Shown here in pieces: positions 19,554 through 31,039 of a stretch of DNA of 64,000 bases. Under the pieces are notes generated by a model that ran no database searches, was not told the origin of the DNA, and saw only the letters and a list, made by a program, of their open reading frames with translations. The translations under genes were made by a program, and so were the position numbers. Location of the stretch: contig CAWIAD010000001.1 in the NCBI GenBank assembly GCA_963833985.1, positions 64,001 through 128,000 on the forward strand. The letters are read 5' to 3'. Source of the stretch: an uncultured Planctomycetaceae bacterium (GTDB taxonomy: Bacteria > Planctomycetota > Planctomycetia > Isosphaerales > Isosphaeraceae). Position 1 is the first letter of the stretch; each line of letters begins with the position of its first letter.

Positions 19554-20666
19554 CTACTCGATTTCAAGCGTCGCGATGCGCAGCGTGTGTGCCCGGATGA
19601 TCTCCTCGATCGGCTCGACCCCCAGCCCCGGCCGGTCCGGTACGGCAATGCAGCCGCGAGTGGCGACGATCGGCGGATCAACGAGATCCGTGTGATAGTA
19701 TCGGTCGGAGCCGGCGACATCGCCAGGGAGGGTAAAGCCGGGTAGGCTGGCGAGGGCGAGGTTGGCGGCGCGGCCGATGCCGAATTCGTGCATGCCTCCG
19801 CACCAGACCGGGAAGCCACGTCCCCGGCAGTGATCATGAACGCGCCGGGCCTCGAGCAGGCCGCCGAGCCGGCTGACCTTGATATTGATCACGCGGCAGG
19901 CCCCCAGGTCGAGCGCCTTGCGCGCGTCGCCGGCCGAGTGAATGCTCTCGTCGAGGCAGATGGGGGTCTTCAAACTGGCCTGCAAACGGGCATGGTCGAT
20001 GATGTCGTCGTGCGCGAGCGGCTGCTCGATGAGCAAAAGGTTGAAGCGATCCAGCTCCTGGAGAGTTTTCAGGTCGTCGAGCGTGTACGCCGAGTTGGCA
20101 TCGACCTGGAGCGCGCTCTCGGGATAACGGCTGCGCACCTGGCGCAGCACCTCGACGTCGTGGCCGGGACCGACCTTCAGCTTGATGCGGTGATAGCCCT
20201 GGCCAAGGGCCTCCTCGATGCGGGCGCAAAGGACGTCGAGGTCAGGCTCGATGCCCAGGCTCACGCCGGAGCGGATCGCAGTCAAGGAACCACCCAGCAG
20301 CGATTGGAGCGATCTTCCCTCGCTTCGTCCCAGGGCATCCCAGCAGGCCATCTCCAGGCCGGCCCGGGCGAAGGCGTTGCCCTTCACGAGGTGGTAGCAG
20401 GCCGTCAGCTCCTCGATCGTGGTCCACGGTTTTCCCAGGATCATGGGGCAGAGGAAGTCGTGCAGGATGTGCCAGCAGGTCTCGGTGGTCTCCGGGCAGT
20501 AAAAAGGGTCGGCCGGGCTGGCGCATTCGCCCCAGCCGATGACGCCTTCGCCCGTGCGCACGCGGATCAGAATGTGGTCCAGGTGCTCCTTGCGACTGGA
20601 GCTCGTCCGGAACGGGCGGATGAGCGGAAGCCGCACCAGGTGAAGCGTGATCTGGTCAAGCCGCAT
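19554..20666 (-). CDS. menC: o-succinylbenzoate synthase / N-succinylamino acid racemase (NSAR/OSBS subfamily, enolase superfamily)
   Basis: IKLK, VDANSAY, IEQP, LDES, NIK, WCGGM, LPGD. Confidence 0.88.
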   Translation of the reverse strand: MRLDQITLHLVRLPLIRPFRTSSSRKEHLDHILIRVRTGEGVIGWGECASPADPFYCPETTETCWHILHDFLCPMILGKPWTTIEELTACYHLVKGNAFARAGLEMACWDALGRSEGRSLQSLLGGSLTAIRSGVSLGIEPDLDVLCARIEEALGQGYHRIKLKVGPGHDVEVLRQVRSRYPESALQVDANSAYTLDDLKTLQELDRFNLLLIEQPLAHDDIIDHARLQASLKTPICLDESIHSAGDARKALDLGACRVINIKVSRLGGLLEARRVHDHCRGRGFPVWCGGMHEFGIGRAANLALASLPGFTLPGDVAGSDRYYHTDLVDPPIVATRGCIAVPDRPGLGVEPIEEIIRAHTLRIATLEIE

Positions 20667-20694
20667 CGAAGCCTCGCTCGGCGCGCGGCGCAGG

Positions 20695-20730
20695 AAAAAG
20701 GGTGGGGATCGTGGCGATCGATCCCCACCC
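20695..20730 (-). terminator. Rho-independent terminator downstream of the DUF1559 gene
   Basis: 12-bp stem gggtggggatcg/cgatccccaccc, 7-nt loop, followed by TTTTT on the minus strand. Confidence 0.75.
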
Positions 20731-20761
20731 CGGTTCATGCTAGGTCGGTTTGACCGATCGT

Positions 20762-21883
20762 TCAATAGGCGTCGGCGCTGATGACCTCACCGCCGCGGAT
20801 CGTGGAGAGCTGTTGATACGTGCCGAACTGGGTGCCGGGAGTGACCTGGTAGACGTAACCGGCGGAGTCCAGCGTGATGCCGTTGGGCAAGCTGGTCGCG
20901 GGGTTGATCTGCCAGCACTGGATCGATTCCTTGATGAATCGCACCGAGCCGTCGCAGAACAGGAAATTTGCACCACCGGGATGGAAGCTGGACGCAGAGG
21001 AGACGAAGGTGTCGGAACCGCCGCCGACGTTGCCGATCGTTCCGGTGTTGGCGTCCTTCTTGAACGGGTTGATGGGGTACATGGTGCAGAAGCTGGTGTC
21101 GCCGAAATTGCCGGAGCACCACCAGTTCCAGCACACCTGGTCCGTGGCGCTGAGCATGCCGTGAGCGCGCTCGCTGTACATGAACGTGTTGCTGGTGCCG
21201 TCGGTCACGGAGGCAAGCTTCACGCAGGGGCGGCTCAGGCCCGAGTAGGTGGTTCCCTGGATATAGGCCGGGTTGTCATAGCCCACGTAGACGATCACGC
21301 CGTTCTGGTTGTTGATGGCTGAGCTGAACTCGGTGGCGGGCCAGGAAAATCGGGGAAGCTGGAACCAGGTCCCCGCACAGCCGCCGTAGCTGGAATAGCA
21401 CATCGTCATGTCGGTGCCGTCAACGCTGCCTTTAGCCATGAAGACCTTGTTTTCGACGGCCGGATCGCTGGGGCAATGCACGAAACTGAGCGAGGTACCC
21501 GTGACCGTGGTGTTACCGGCGCCGAAGATGTTGTACATGAAGTTGACGGAGTTATAGACCTGGGACTGCTCCATCATGGGCAGGAGGGGTATGAAGCTGC
21601 CGGCGGAGGTGTACGGGTACCCCGTGCCGCCCGAGCCATCGTTCAGGTTGTGCTGGCGGTAGCAGCCCCACGGGAACACATCGTTGGCGCTGATGTAGTT
21701 GTGGACGCCGAGGCCAATTTGTTTGAGGTTGTTCACGCACTGGGCGCGGCGGGCCGCCTCGCGGGCCGACTGGACCGCGGGCAGAAGCAGGCTGATGAGA
21801 ACGGCGATGATGGCGATCACCACGAGAAGCTCGATGAGGGTGAACGCACGGCGAGCGGAGCAGTGGCGTGGGTTGTGCTTCAT
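20762..21883 (-). CDS. DUF1559 prepilin-type N-terminal cleavage/methylation domain protein
   Basis: [69 protein letters not shown]. Confidence 0.95.
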   Translation of the reverse strand: MKHNPRHCSARRAFTLIELLVVIAIIAVLISLLLPAVQSAREAARRAQCVNNLKQIGLGVHNYISANDVFPWGCYRQHNLNDGSGGTGYPYTSAGSFIPLLPMMEQSQVYNSVNFMYNIFGAGNTTVTGTSLSFVHCPSDPAVENKVFMAKGSVDGTDMTMCYSSYGGCAGTWFQLPRFSWPATEFSSAINNQNGVIVYVGYDNPAYIQGTTYSGLSRPCVKLASVTDGTSNTFMYSERAHGMLSATDQVCWNWWCSGNFGDTSFCTMYPINPFKKDANTGTIGNVGGGSDTFVSSASSFHPGGANFLFCDGSVRFIKESIQCWQINPATSLPNGITLDSAGYVYQVTPGTQFGTYQQLSTIRGGEVISADAY

Positions 21884-21978
21884 ACGAGATGCTCTCCAGA
21901 GCGAAAGGAAAACAGGGACAACGTGGAAATAGGGTCGATGGATGGAACCGCGGAGCGGCCGGGGAAGGCCGGTGGCAA

Positions 21979-22218
21979 TCAGTAGAGCTTGCTGTTCTTC
22001 TTGGCTGCGGCGTTCTCGGCTTCCTTGGCCTTGGCCTGCTTCGCCGTGGCCGGCTTGGCCGTCTCACCGCCCGGATTGAGGGCTCGCTCCCGGGCTCCCG
22101 GCTCAATCTTGATCGAGCCGGACCCTTCCGATCCGCAGCCGGCGATTCCGAATGTCAGGCTGAAGGTGAAGCACAGACCCAGCGCGCGGCTGGTCCTCGT
22201 TCGTACTGGAACACTCAC
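21979..22218 (-). CDS. Small lipoprotein upstream of the DUF1559 gene
   Basis: Lipobox IAGC, Lys-rich tail; GTG start with aggag upstream. Confidence 0.7.
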   Translation of the reverse strand: MSVPVRTRTSRALGLCFTFSLTFGIAGCGSEGSGSIKIEPGARERALNPGGETAKPATAKQAKAKEAENAAAKKNSKLY

Positions 22219-22837
22219 GTATGTCGGCTCCTGAAGAACTTCTGGGAAAACAAGACCATCACGTGAACCAGACAGGGGCGTACGCCTTGCGGGCGGCCCG
22301 AGTGGAACGCTGTAGGAATTCAGGGACCGTTGCGTCAGTGTCTGAGCATCGGCAATGGGGACGGTTCAACCCGGTTTGTGAGCCGTTCCAGGAGTGCCAC
22401 CTGCAACGATATCACGCCGGAGGAGAGGCTGCTCGAACGATTCGATGATGATCAAACCAATGAACAAGAAGACAGGCGATGGGAGAGAAGCACCGTCATC
22501 CAGCTCGTTAATCGAGGAAAGCGAAATTATTGTGAATAGCATACACCACTGTCAAGACCTCGAACTTAGTAAAACTACTTTTCAAGCAGGATCACATCAT
22601 GACCCGCGGGAAATGGAGGCGTTCGTCAAGTTCGATGTGTTTCGGACTCGCCGCGACCGTCATCCAGTGCATCCGTCCCCGGGCTGAACGATTGCCAGCT
22701 CCGTGGTCCCCTCGTTTTTTCGTCGATGCTGGTCTGGGCACCGCCTGATCGCTAGTCTTACGCGATGTGGCGAACACCCGGAACATCAGAACCTCATGGA
22801 CGGCAGGACCGGCCGAACCCGCGAAGCGAGATCGCTC

Positions 22838-24106
22838 ATGAGCTCGGTACCCTCATCCGCATCGGCATCCAAATCCAGTTCCAGTTCCAGTTCCGCACGC
22901 ATCGTGTCGATGGACCAGTTTCGCGGCTACACCGTCGCGGGCATGTTCGTGGTGAACTTCGTCGGCGGACTGACGGTCATGCCCGCCGTCCTCAAGCACC
23001 ATGACGTCTATTTCAGCTATGCCGACACGATCATGCCCAGCTTCATGTTCGCCGCCGGCTTCTCCTATCGCCTGGTGGCGCTGCGGAGGCTGGCGCAGGT
23101 GGGTCCGCTGCGGACCTACGGCCGGTTCCTGGTACGCAGCCTGGGTCTCGTGCTCGTCTCGCTGGTGATGTACGCCCAGGAAGATTTCGCCGTCAAGAGC
23201 TGGGCCGAGCTGACCGGCGGCGGCTGGTGGAAGTTGATCCTGGGGATTCTCAAGGCGAACCTCTGGGAAACGCTCGCCATCATCGGCGTGACCCAGATCT
23301 TCCTGATTCCCGTCATCGCCCGGAGCGGCCGGGTCCTGGCGCTGGCGGTCCCCATTTGCCTGGCCGTGCACCTGGCGATCTCGCACTGGTTCAACTTCAT
23401 GTTCGTGCACGGCAAGCCGAACTGGATGGACGAGGTCTGGGGGCTGACCGGCAAGACGGCCTGGGATGGGGGCTTCTTCGGCATCATGGCGTGGGCCGTG
23501 CCGATGCTTTTCGGGGCGATCGCCTACGACATCGTCGTCAGCCACGCACCCTGGAACGCGGCAGGACGCCTGTTCGTGCTGGGTGCCGGTTTGATGGTGA
23601 TCGGCTACTCGCTCAACTGCCTGGCGACCCTTTATGACACGGACAAGGGATTCGAGGTGGCCGTCCTTCCCGGCAACGTGGCCGCGTCTCCGGTCCTCCC
23701 TCCGTGGGGCAACATCCGCGGCCGTTCCGCCGAGTCGCTGCTGGCGACGGCTCCATTTCTCAGTCCTCCGCCCTCGAGCATCCGTCCGGATAACTACTGG
23801 CAGATCAACAAGCGCGTGGTGAGCGTTCCGTTCTGCCTGTTCTCCTCCGGGTTCGCGCTGGCCGCCTACGCCCTGTTCATCCCGCTCTGCGACGTCGGCT
23901 CGTTCCGGCTGGGAGTGTTCCGGACGCTGGGACAGAACCCGCTGGCCGCCTACATCATCCACCACCAGGTCGAGCAGGCCGTCCGCGCCGTGGTGCCGGG
24001 CGACTCACCGCTCGCGTATTGCCTGCTGGGAACGGCGGTCTTCTTCGCGATCAGTTACGCCTTCGTGCGCTACCTGGAGAAGCACAACTTCTACCTCAGG
24101 CTCTGA
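22838..24106 (+). CDS. Heparan-alpha-glucosaminide N-acetyltransferase-like multi-TM acyltransferase
   Basis: [32 protein letters not shown]; many TM helices. Confidence 0.8.
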   Translation: MSSVPSSASASKSSSSSSSARIVSMDQFRGYTVAGMFVVNFVGGLTVMPAVLKHHDVYFSYADTIMPSFMFAAGFSYRLVALRRLAQVGPLRTYGRFLVRSLGLVLVSLVMYAQEDFAVKSWAELTGGGWWKLILGILKANLWETLAIIGVTQIFLIPVIARSGRVLALAVPICLAVHLAISHWFNFMFVHGKPNWMDEVWGLTGKTAWDGGFFGIMAWAVPMLFGAIAYDIVVSHAPWNAAGRLFVLGAGLMVIGYSLNCLATLYDTDKGFEVAVLPGNVAASPVLPPWGNIRGRSAESLLATAPFLSPPPSSIRPDNYWQINKRVVSVPFCLFSSGFALAAYALFIPLCDVGSFRLGVFRTLGQNPLAAYIIHHQVEQAVRAVVPGDSPLAYCLLGTAVFFAISYAFVRYLEKHNFYLRL

Positions 24107-24216
24107 GCCTGAGCCGAGTGAGGAGGTTTTCCCACGGGGCTGCACAGAGCCGGCAGGGGAACCGGGAATGGATTTCCGGGGCGCGGACTGTTTGACCCGG
24201 GACCGTCGACACCAGG

Positions 24217-24780
24217 CTACGAATCTTCGCCAGGTACCGGCGGAGAGGCGAGCGAAGGGGCCGGGAAACCGCCATCAGGCGCGGGCGACGGTTTGAGGAT
24301 CAGGTAGCGCATGTCGTGCGGGTTCCGGGCGTCCGCCGGCCAGGATTCGTCATGGACGACCTGCCAGGCCGGGGAGCCCAGGAGCTGTGCCGGGAAATAG
24401 ACGTCACCGGAGAAGTCGCCCTCCACGAGCGTGAGATGGATCAGCGGGCGAAGCGGCAGGAAATCCTCGTACAGCGCGCGGCCGCCGATGATGCAGGCTT
24501 CCGGGCTGCCGGCGGATTGCGCCAGGGCCAGTGCCTGCGCGCTGTCGTGGGCGATCAGGCAACCAGGAGCAATAAGGCCGCTCTGGCGCGTCAGGACGAT
24601 GTTCGTCCGGCCCGGCAGAGCCCGCCCCAGGCTCTCGTGAGTCTTGCGGCCCATGATGATCGGCTTGCCCCAGGTGAGCTGTCGAAAGTGCCTGAGGTCT
24701 CTCGGCAGCTTCCAGGGCAAGGCACCTTCGCGGCCGATCAGGCCGTCTCGACTCATCGCCACCACCAGCGCGAGCTGCAC
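24217..24780 (-). CDS. folA: Dihydrofolate reductase
   Basis: IGREGALPWKLPRDLRHF, IMGRKTHES, LPGRTNIVLTR, IGG, GDVYFP; directly downstream of thyA. Confidence 0.95.
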   Translation of the reverse strand: MQLALVVAMSRDGLIGREGALPWKLPRDLRHFRQLTWGKPIIMGRKTHESLGRALPGRTNIVLTRQSGLIAPGCLIAHDSAQALALAQSAGSPEACIIGGRALYEDFLPLRPLIHLTLVEGDFSGDVYFPAQLLGSPAWQVVHDESWPADARNPHDMRYLILKPSPAPDGGFPAPSLASPPVPGEDS

Positions 24781-24793
24781 GGCACCGGGCCTC

Positions 24794-25627
24794 CTACACG
24801 GCCACCTCGCCCGGCAGCGCGGGGTGGGAGCGATAGTCCAGAAGCTTGATCTGCTCGCGCGTGATGCGCGCCAGGTCGCTCATGGCCGGGTCGATCTCCA
24901 GCCGCGGCAGGGGCAGAGGCTCGCGCGTGAGCTGCGTGTCCACCTGGTTCAGGTGGTTCGCGTAAATGTGCGCGTCGCCGAACGTGTGGATGAACTCACC
25001 GGCGGCGAGCCCGGTTACCTGGGCCACGAGCATTGTCAGCAGCGCGTAGCTGGCGATGTTGAACGGAACGCCCAGGAACAGGTCGGCCGAGCGCTGGTAA
25101 AGCTGGCAGGCAAGCTTCCCTTCCGCGACGCTGAACTGAAAGAGCGTGTGACAGGGCGGTAACGCCATGTCGGCGATGTCGGCCGGGTTCCAGGCCGAGA
25201 CGATGAGCCGACGCCCCACCGACGCCGACGGATCGGCGATGGTGGTCTTGATGCCCTCGACCACCCCGGCAACCTGGTCGATCGTCCGGCCGTCGGGTGC
25301 CCTCCACGACCGCCATTGCCGGCCGTAGACCGGGCCCAGCTCTCCATGCTCATCGGCCCACTCGTCCCAGATGGAGACGCCGTGCTGCTTCAGGTAAGCG
25401 ATGTTCGTGGAGCCGCGGAGGAACCAGATCAGCTCGTGGACGACGGCACTGAAGGCGATGCGTCTGGTCGTGACGAGCGGGAAGCCGGCCGCCAGGTCGA
25501 AGCGGACCTGCCTGCCGAAGACGCTCAGCGCCTCGATCTTCTCGCCGGTCGAGCGAAGCACCGCCCGGGTCGGTTTTCTCACACCGTGGCTGCGGACGTC
25601 GCGGAGCAGGTCGAGGTATTGCCTCAT
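24794..25627 (-). CDS. thyA: Thymidylate synthase
   Basis: [45 protein letters not shown]. Confidence 0.96.
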   Translation of the reverse strand: MRQYLDLLRDVRSHGVRKPTRAVLRSTGEKIEALSVFGRQVRFDLAAGFPLVTTRRIAFSAVVHELIWFLRGSTNIAYLKQHGVSIWDEWADEHGELGPVYGRQWRSWRAPDGRTIDQVAGVVEGIKTTIADPSASVGRRLIVSAWNPADIADMALPPCHTLFQFSVAEGKLACQLYQRSADLFLGVPFNIASYALLTMLVAQVTGLAAGEFIHTFGDAHIYANHLNQVDTQLTREPLPLPRLEIDPAMSDLARITREQIKLLDYRSHPALPGEVAV

Positions 25628-25708
25628 GCGCAGGGATGCTTCACCTGGTGACTCGGGACAGCGGGCTGGGGCGCAGAACCGGCATTATAGCTCAGCGCCC
25701 CGGCAGAT

Positions 25709-26632
25709 TCACCGTGGCCGTGGCAATGGCAGAACCGGCGCCGAGGTGCCGGGTATCGAGGGCAACGTCGTGGTGCCGGCTGGCGGCGACACCACCGGGG
25801 AGGTCTCCAGGCGGGCCGTGATGGCGATGAGATGTTCCTCGTAGCTCTTGACGAAGCCGCGGTCGTGCACGCTGCGCGGGCCCATGCTGACCACCAGGGC
25901 GCCGTCGGCGGGAATCAGCCAGCGGCCCTCGACCCGGCGGCTGTCCACTTCGGGAACCTGGAACGTGGCGTTCAGTGCCGCGGGGTGCGGTCCGTGGTTG
26001 GGGCTGAGCCGCTCCAGGAACGACGCCTTCGACACGTCGGAATCGGTACCGGGCTTCGGCTGCACGGTCTCGGTGTACCGGGCCGTGTACATGGCCACGA
26101 GCCGGTTCTCCTCGATCACCACCTTTGCGAGCAAGCCGCCGCCCTGAATCTCGCTCGATTCGACGTTGATGCGGACGCCGCTGTGGATCGTATCCACCTG
26201 CGGCTCGAACGCGAGCTTGGTGGACTGACCGGGCGGTCCGTCGGCGACACGTTTCAGCGTGGCAATGTAGTGCAGCGCTTCCTCGCTGGTCATCCGCGCC
26301 GGGTCTCCCACTCGGGCCGTCATCTTCGGCGCCTGAACGATATGCATGCGGGCGTCGGCCTGGCAGTGCTCCAGCAGTGCGCGGAAACTCACCGCGTCCA
26401 GCGACCAGACCGCCGCTCCTTCATGGCGGGCGACCGGCTGCATGCGGAGCATGAACTTGCCCCGCCATTCCGGGCTGGAGACCCGAATATCACGGACCTC
26501 GAAGGCAACCATGGCGCCCGGGCTCGCCGAGGGCGCGGTTCGCGGCACCGTCGGCAAGGGCGTGATCACCGGGCGGGCAGGCCTGTCATCACCTATCAAG
26601 CACGCCAGTAGTAGCGTCAGCATCAAGTGCAT
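25709..26632 (-). CDS. Hypothetical exported protein
   Basis: Short signal-like N-terminus, Pro-rich ends, beta-rich core; consistent codon usage. Confidence 0.7.
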   Translation of the reverse strand: MHLMLTLLLACLIGDDRPARPVITPLPTVPRTAPSASPGAMVAFEVRDIRVSSPEWRGKFMLRMQPVARHEGAAVWSLDAVSFRALLEHCQADARMHIVQAPKMTARVGDPARMTSEEALHYIATLKRVADGPPGQSTKLAFEPQVDTIHSGVRINVESSEIQGGGLLAKVVIEENRLVAMYTARYTETVQPKPGTDSDVSKASFLERLSPNHGPHPAALNATFQVPEVDSRRVEGRWLIPADGALVVSMGPRSVHDRGFVKSYEEHLIAITARLETSPVVSPPAGTTTLPSIPGTSAPVLPLPRPR

Positions 26633-26817
26633 CCATGCCCTCCATCGCTCGGCCTGGGATAGCCAGGATCGTTCTCCGGCCCTCGGAGCCGCGGATGGTA
26701 AGGCCGACCCGCCATCAGGTCAACCGCGAAAGCTTTTTGCTGCACATCGCGTGCGTGCATGCTCGACGCTCGGCCGCCGGCAGCGCGCCCGGAACGCACG
26801 GGCCGCGACTCTCGCGG

Positions 26818-27788
26818 TCATTGCGACCACTCCGTGGGCGTGCGGTCCCAGCGGTGCTCTTTGAGCTGCCGCATCAGCTCGGGGGCGAGCCGACGGCCGT
26901 CGCTCACCGCCAGGTTGGCCTGTGCGTGCTTGAGCTTGCGCATACCGGGGATGGTGGTGCAGACGTCTGGATTCTCGAGGATCCATCGTAGAGCCAGCTC
27001 GGCCATGCTCATGCCGGCGGGAACCAGCGGCCGCAGCGCCTCGGCGTGATCGACGCTGGCCGAGAGGTTCTCTGGTACGAAGTAGCTGTTCCGCCAGTCC
27101 CCGTCGGGCCAGCGGCTGGCCCTGGTGAGCGTTCCCGTGAGCGTCCCTTCATCGAGAGGAACCCGAGCAATGACGGCAACGCCCCGCTCGTGGCAGAGCG
27201 GGAAGAGCTCGTCCTCCGGCGCCTGGTCGAAGATGTTGTAGATCACCTGCACGGCATCGATCAGCCCGGTCCGCACCGTCTCGAGCGCGTTGGCCGGCTC
27301 CCACCGGTTGATGCTGATGCCGACGGCGCGGATCATGCCCTGGCGCTGGAGGTCGTCCACGGCGCGGTGCCAGCGCTCGTCGCGCGCCCAGGCGTCTTCC
27401 CAGACGTGGAACTGTTGCAGGTCGATGGTGGCGACGCCGAGGTTCTCCAGGCTCTTCTCCGTGTACTCCCGGATGTGATCGGGGGGAAACAATCCTCGAG
27501 CGTGAAGCCCCGGCGTGACGGCCATTGCATGTTCTTGGGAGGAATCTTGGTGGCGCAGTAGAGCCTTCGTTCCGGGTTCTGCTTCAGTAGCTTGCCCAGG
27601 ATCTGCTCGCTGCGGCCGTTGCCGTAGCCCCAGGCCGTGTCGAAGAAGTTGCACCCCGAGGCGACGGCCTGGTCCAGTGACGCGCGTGTTTCCGCGTCGT
27701 CCGCGCCGGTCCAGCCCGCGAGCCCCCACATGCCATAGCCGATCTCGCTGACGGACCAGCCCGTCCGGCCGAACGTGCGATAGTTCAT
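26818..27788 (-). CDS. Aldo/keto reductase, frameshifted at the G6 run 27481-27486
   Basis: N-half MNYRTFGRTG..GYGMWG..FDTAWGYG (ORF 27333..27788); C-half SLENLGVATIDLQQFH..QVIYN..IPGM (ORF 26818..28023). Confidence 0.88.
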
Positions 27789-27971
27789 GCCTTGCTCCCT
27801 CCTCGATTCCAGAGCTCACTGGCTTGAGACTAACAGGCCCGCACCCGGCGCGGCCACGAGGTACTCGGTCCCGTGGGTCCATTCCGAATTGGGACTTTGC
27901 GACGTAAGCCATTGGGGTTACGCTGGGATGGGGTGCCGCGACGAGGTCGACGTTACGGGGAAATCCCGGCC

Positions 27972-29751
27972 ATGAGCGATCAAGACCTGGGAGAGTATGA
28001 TCTCGAGGACCTGCCCAAGCCACGCCAGCCGAAGCCGCCGCCCGGGCCGGTCAAACCGTTGCCCCGGCTCTGGAAGGCCGAGCCGGAGGACGAGGAGGAC
28101 GACGCGCCTGGCTCGCCCGCGCGCCCCGGAAAGAACGAAGCGGCCCCGCCCCCCGAGGGCTCACGGAAGCCGGCGGCGGCCCCCCGGACTGCGCAAGGCC
28201 GCGTCCAGGGAGAGCAAGAAGGCCGCCAGGGGCGAGGGGGGCGAGAAGAAAGTCCTCGTCGAGGATACCCCGGCGCTTGATACCTACGAGGCACGCCAGC
28301 GCGGACGCTGGATCATCGGCGGACTGGTCGCGAGCATCTTCGGCATCTTCCTGTGGGTCTTCTACAGCCTCTTCCACGACCCGATGTCCATCGAGGATAC
28401 CGGCGAGGAGCCTCCCGCGACCGTGGCGCTGCCACTGCCTCCGCAGAAGAAGGACCTGGAACCCGAAGCCCGGAGCATGTTCAGGCGAGCCCAGGATGCC
28501 GCCAAAGCCGGAAACACTGACCAGGCGATCAGCCTGCTCCAGACCATCCTGACGTCCTACAAGGGCACCAGGAGCGCCGCCGAGGCGGCCCAGGCACTCG
28601 ACCGGCCAAAGCAGAAGCTGCCGCTGTTCCTGGATCGTCCCACGGTGCAGGCAGCCCCCGCGCCGCGTCCGGCCCCCGCGCCGCCGCCGGCTCCTCCCGC
28701 CGTCGTCACTGTTCCGCCACGGCAGGCTGCCGGCAGCGCCAGCCTGACTCTTCCGGCCAACCCGTCCGAGGCGGTTCCGCCGGCACGAGGATCGCTCGCC
28801 ATGACGGGTACGTCACCCAGCGCGGGCACGCCGCCAGCCCCCGCGGTGCCGGCCCGGGTCTTGCCCAGCGGGTTCACCGCCCGGCCCGGTAGCGGCCTGC
28901 ACAGCTCCGGCTGGCCGCTGGCGATTGTCGGCAGCCGCGACGGCGCCCCCATGGTGCTGGTCCCTGGCGGGACGTTCAGCATGGGCAACGACAACGGCCC
29001 GCCCGCCGAAGCGCCCGCGCACAAGGTCACGCTCTCCACCTTCTATATCGACCAGCATGAGGTCACTGTCCGGCAGTTCCGGCTCTTCCTCGACGAGTCC
29101 CACTACCGCGGCCAGCCCCCGCACAACGCGAACTGGACCGAGGACTTCAAGAAGAATCCGCCCGAGACGTTCCCCATGGTCATGGTCAACGGCCGCGACG
29201 CGCAGGCCTACTCGGAGTGGGCGCTCAAGCAAATGCCGACCGAGGCCCAGTGGGAAATGGCCGCGCGGTCGACCGACAACCGTCTCTATCCCTGGGGCGC
29301 CGAGCCGCTCAAGCTACCCCGTACCGCCACGGGCCAGCTCGAGCCGGTCATGTCGGTGGCCGGGGACGTGTCGCCCTTCGGCGTGCACGACATGGGCGGC
29401 AGCATCCTGGAATGGACCAGGGACTGGTATGATTCCCGGTACTACCATCAGTTCTTCAACCAGCCGGCGGTGAACCCCATGGGACCGGCCACCAAGCCGC
29501 GCGGGCTGGAGCTGGTGGTCAAGGGGGACCGCAAGACCGGCAGTGCTTCGGCCCGGCAGGGAATCACTCTCGAGAAACGGCTCAGCTACGTGGGCTTCCG
29601 TTGCGTCCTGCCGGTGAACGACCCGGGCGCCGTCACTCCAGGCTCCGCTCCGCCGCCGGGGGCTCCGGCGTTTCCACCGCCTGGCCAGTCACGCCCGCGG
29701 TCGAATGCGCCTCGGCCAGGGGCGGCGGGGGGGTCGACGCAGCCATTCTGA
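27972..29751 (+). CDS. Membrane-anchored FGE-sulfatase (SUMF1/PvdO-like) domain protein, frameshifted near the C-run at 28180
   Basis: MVLVPGGTFSMG, FYIDQHEVT, PTEAQWEMAAR, YPWG, DMGGSILEW, GFRC; one TM segment and Pro-rich linkers. Confidence 0.82.
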
Positions 29752-30823
29752 GCTTCCGGAACTGTGAGAAGAGCCAGACGCCGGGCGGCATGCGGTGGTG
29801 CGGCACCCGCGCCGGCTCGTCCTCGAAGAACCAGCGGACCGTCCGCTCGAGGCTCTGCCAGTAGGTGAGCGCGGGCCTCCAGCCCAGCTTCGTGCGCGCC
29901 TTCTCGGTACTGTACTCCAGGTAGCGTCCCAGCAGCCAGGCTCCATAACGCGTGACCCGCGGAGGCTTCTTGCTGCTCAGCAGGCGCTCCCGAAGCTCCA
30001 GCGACAGCCCTCCGTAGTAGGCGTACCAGTAGGGGTAGTGCCAGGTGACCCGGGGAGCCCCCAGGACGTCGGCCAGCAGGTCCAGAAACGCGCGCTGGGT
30101 GATCCGGCAATGGCTCGTGATGTTGTACGCCTCGCCCACCGAGCCGGCATCGTTGGCCGCCAGGATCGCCGCGTCGGCCACCACGCCCGCGTAAACAGCA
30201 CTCAATGGATTATCACCCTTGCCCACGATGGACACCCTGTGCCAGCGGAACTCCTGGATGAAGCGCGGAATCGTGGTCCGGTCGCGCTCGCCGAAGAGCC
30301 AGCTCGGGCGCAGGATCGTGAGGGGGAGCCGGCCCGAGGAGGCCATGTCCCAGAGCAGCCGCTCGCAGTCCACCTTGCTGCGGGTGTAGTGGTCGACCAG
30401 CCAGAGATTCTGGCCCAGCGGAGCGGTCTCGTCGATCGGCGTGGCCTGATCGGGCGGATGGCCGTAGGCGCTCGTCGAGCTGATGTGAATGAAGCGATCG
30501 ACCCCGGCCCGCGCGGCCGCCTCGGCGAGCGTGCGCGTGGACTCCAGCCCGCCCCTCTGAAATTCCTTCCAGCTTCCCCAGTCGCCCACCTTCGCCGCGC
30601 AGTGGAACACCTGCGCGGCATCCCGGACCGCGCGGCCGCAGGCCGCCGGATCGGTCAGGTCCCCACGCTGGACCTCGATGCCCAGGCCCTCCAGGAACGC
30701 CGTATGGCTTGACGGCCGCACCAGCGCGCGGACCCGCTCGCCTTGTGCGACCAGCTTCTCGGCGATGTGGCTGCCCAGCAGCCCCGTGCCTCCCGTGACC
30801 AGTACACTGCGCCCTCTATCCAT
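29633..30823 (-). CDS. NAD-dependent epimerase/dehydratase (3-beta-HSD-like extended SDR)
   Basis: TGGTGLLG, HCAAK, ISSTSAYG, YTRSK, LRPSWLFG. The 3' end overlaps the FGE gene and is uncertain. Confidence 0.85.
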   Translation of the reverse strand: MDRGRSVLVTGGTGLLGSHIAEKLVAQGERVRALVRPSSHTAFLEGLGIEVQRGDLTDPAACGRAVRDAAQVFHCAAKVGDWGSWKEFQRGGLESTRTLAEAAARAGVDRFIHISSTSAYGHPPDQATPIDETAPLGQNLWLVDHYTRSKVDCERLLWDMASSGRLPLTILRPSWLFGERDRTTIPRFIQEFRWHRVSIVGKGDNPLSAVYAGVVADAAILAANDAGSVGEAYNITSHCRITQRAFLDLLADVLGAPRVTWHYPYWYAYYGGLSLELRERLLSSKKPPRVTRYGAWLLGRYLEYSTEKARTKLGWRPALTYWQSLERTVRWFFEDEPARVPHHRMPPGVWLFSQFRKLRMAASTPPPPLAEAHSTAGVTGQAVETPEPPAAERSLE

Positions 30824-31039
30824 CGAAATCATGCCCTCATACTTCCCGATATGCGGCTTCCCACCACATTCCAGACGCGTCTGAAGCGGTTCGCCGGGGG
30901 ACGGCCCGCGGCAACGTGGCTCCTCGCCCGGCATGTTTTCTGCGTGATTTCCAGCTTGATCACGCGTCATGCGGACCCGCGACGAACGGACCGCCATGGC
31001 TCTGTTCCTTCGCTGGCCCGGCAACCGGAGTCCTTCAAA

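Noticed and set aside
22873..22895. (ccagtt)n microsatellite as a phase-variation tract
   Set aside because: Three in-frame hexamers encoding a Ser linker; length change would not shift the frame.
28950..29610. FGE (CLec-fold) domain as a DGR target
   Set aside because: No template repeat or RT gene seen in the window.
29633..29751. Convergent coding overlap (also 49496-49659)
   Set aside because: Low-complexity tails in an indel-prone sequence; probably stop codons lost to errors.
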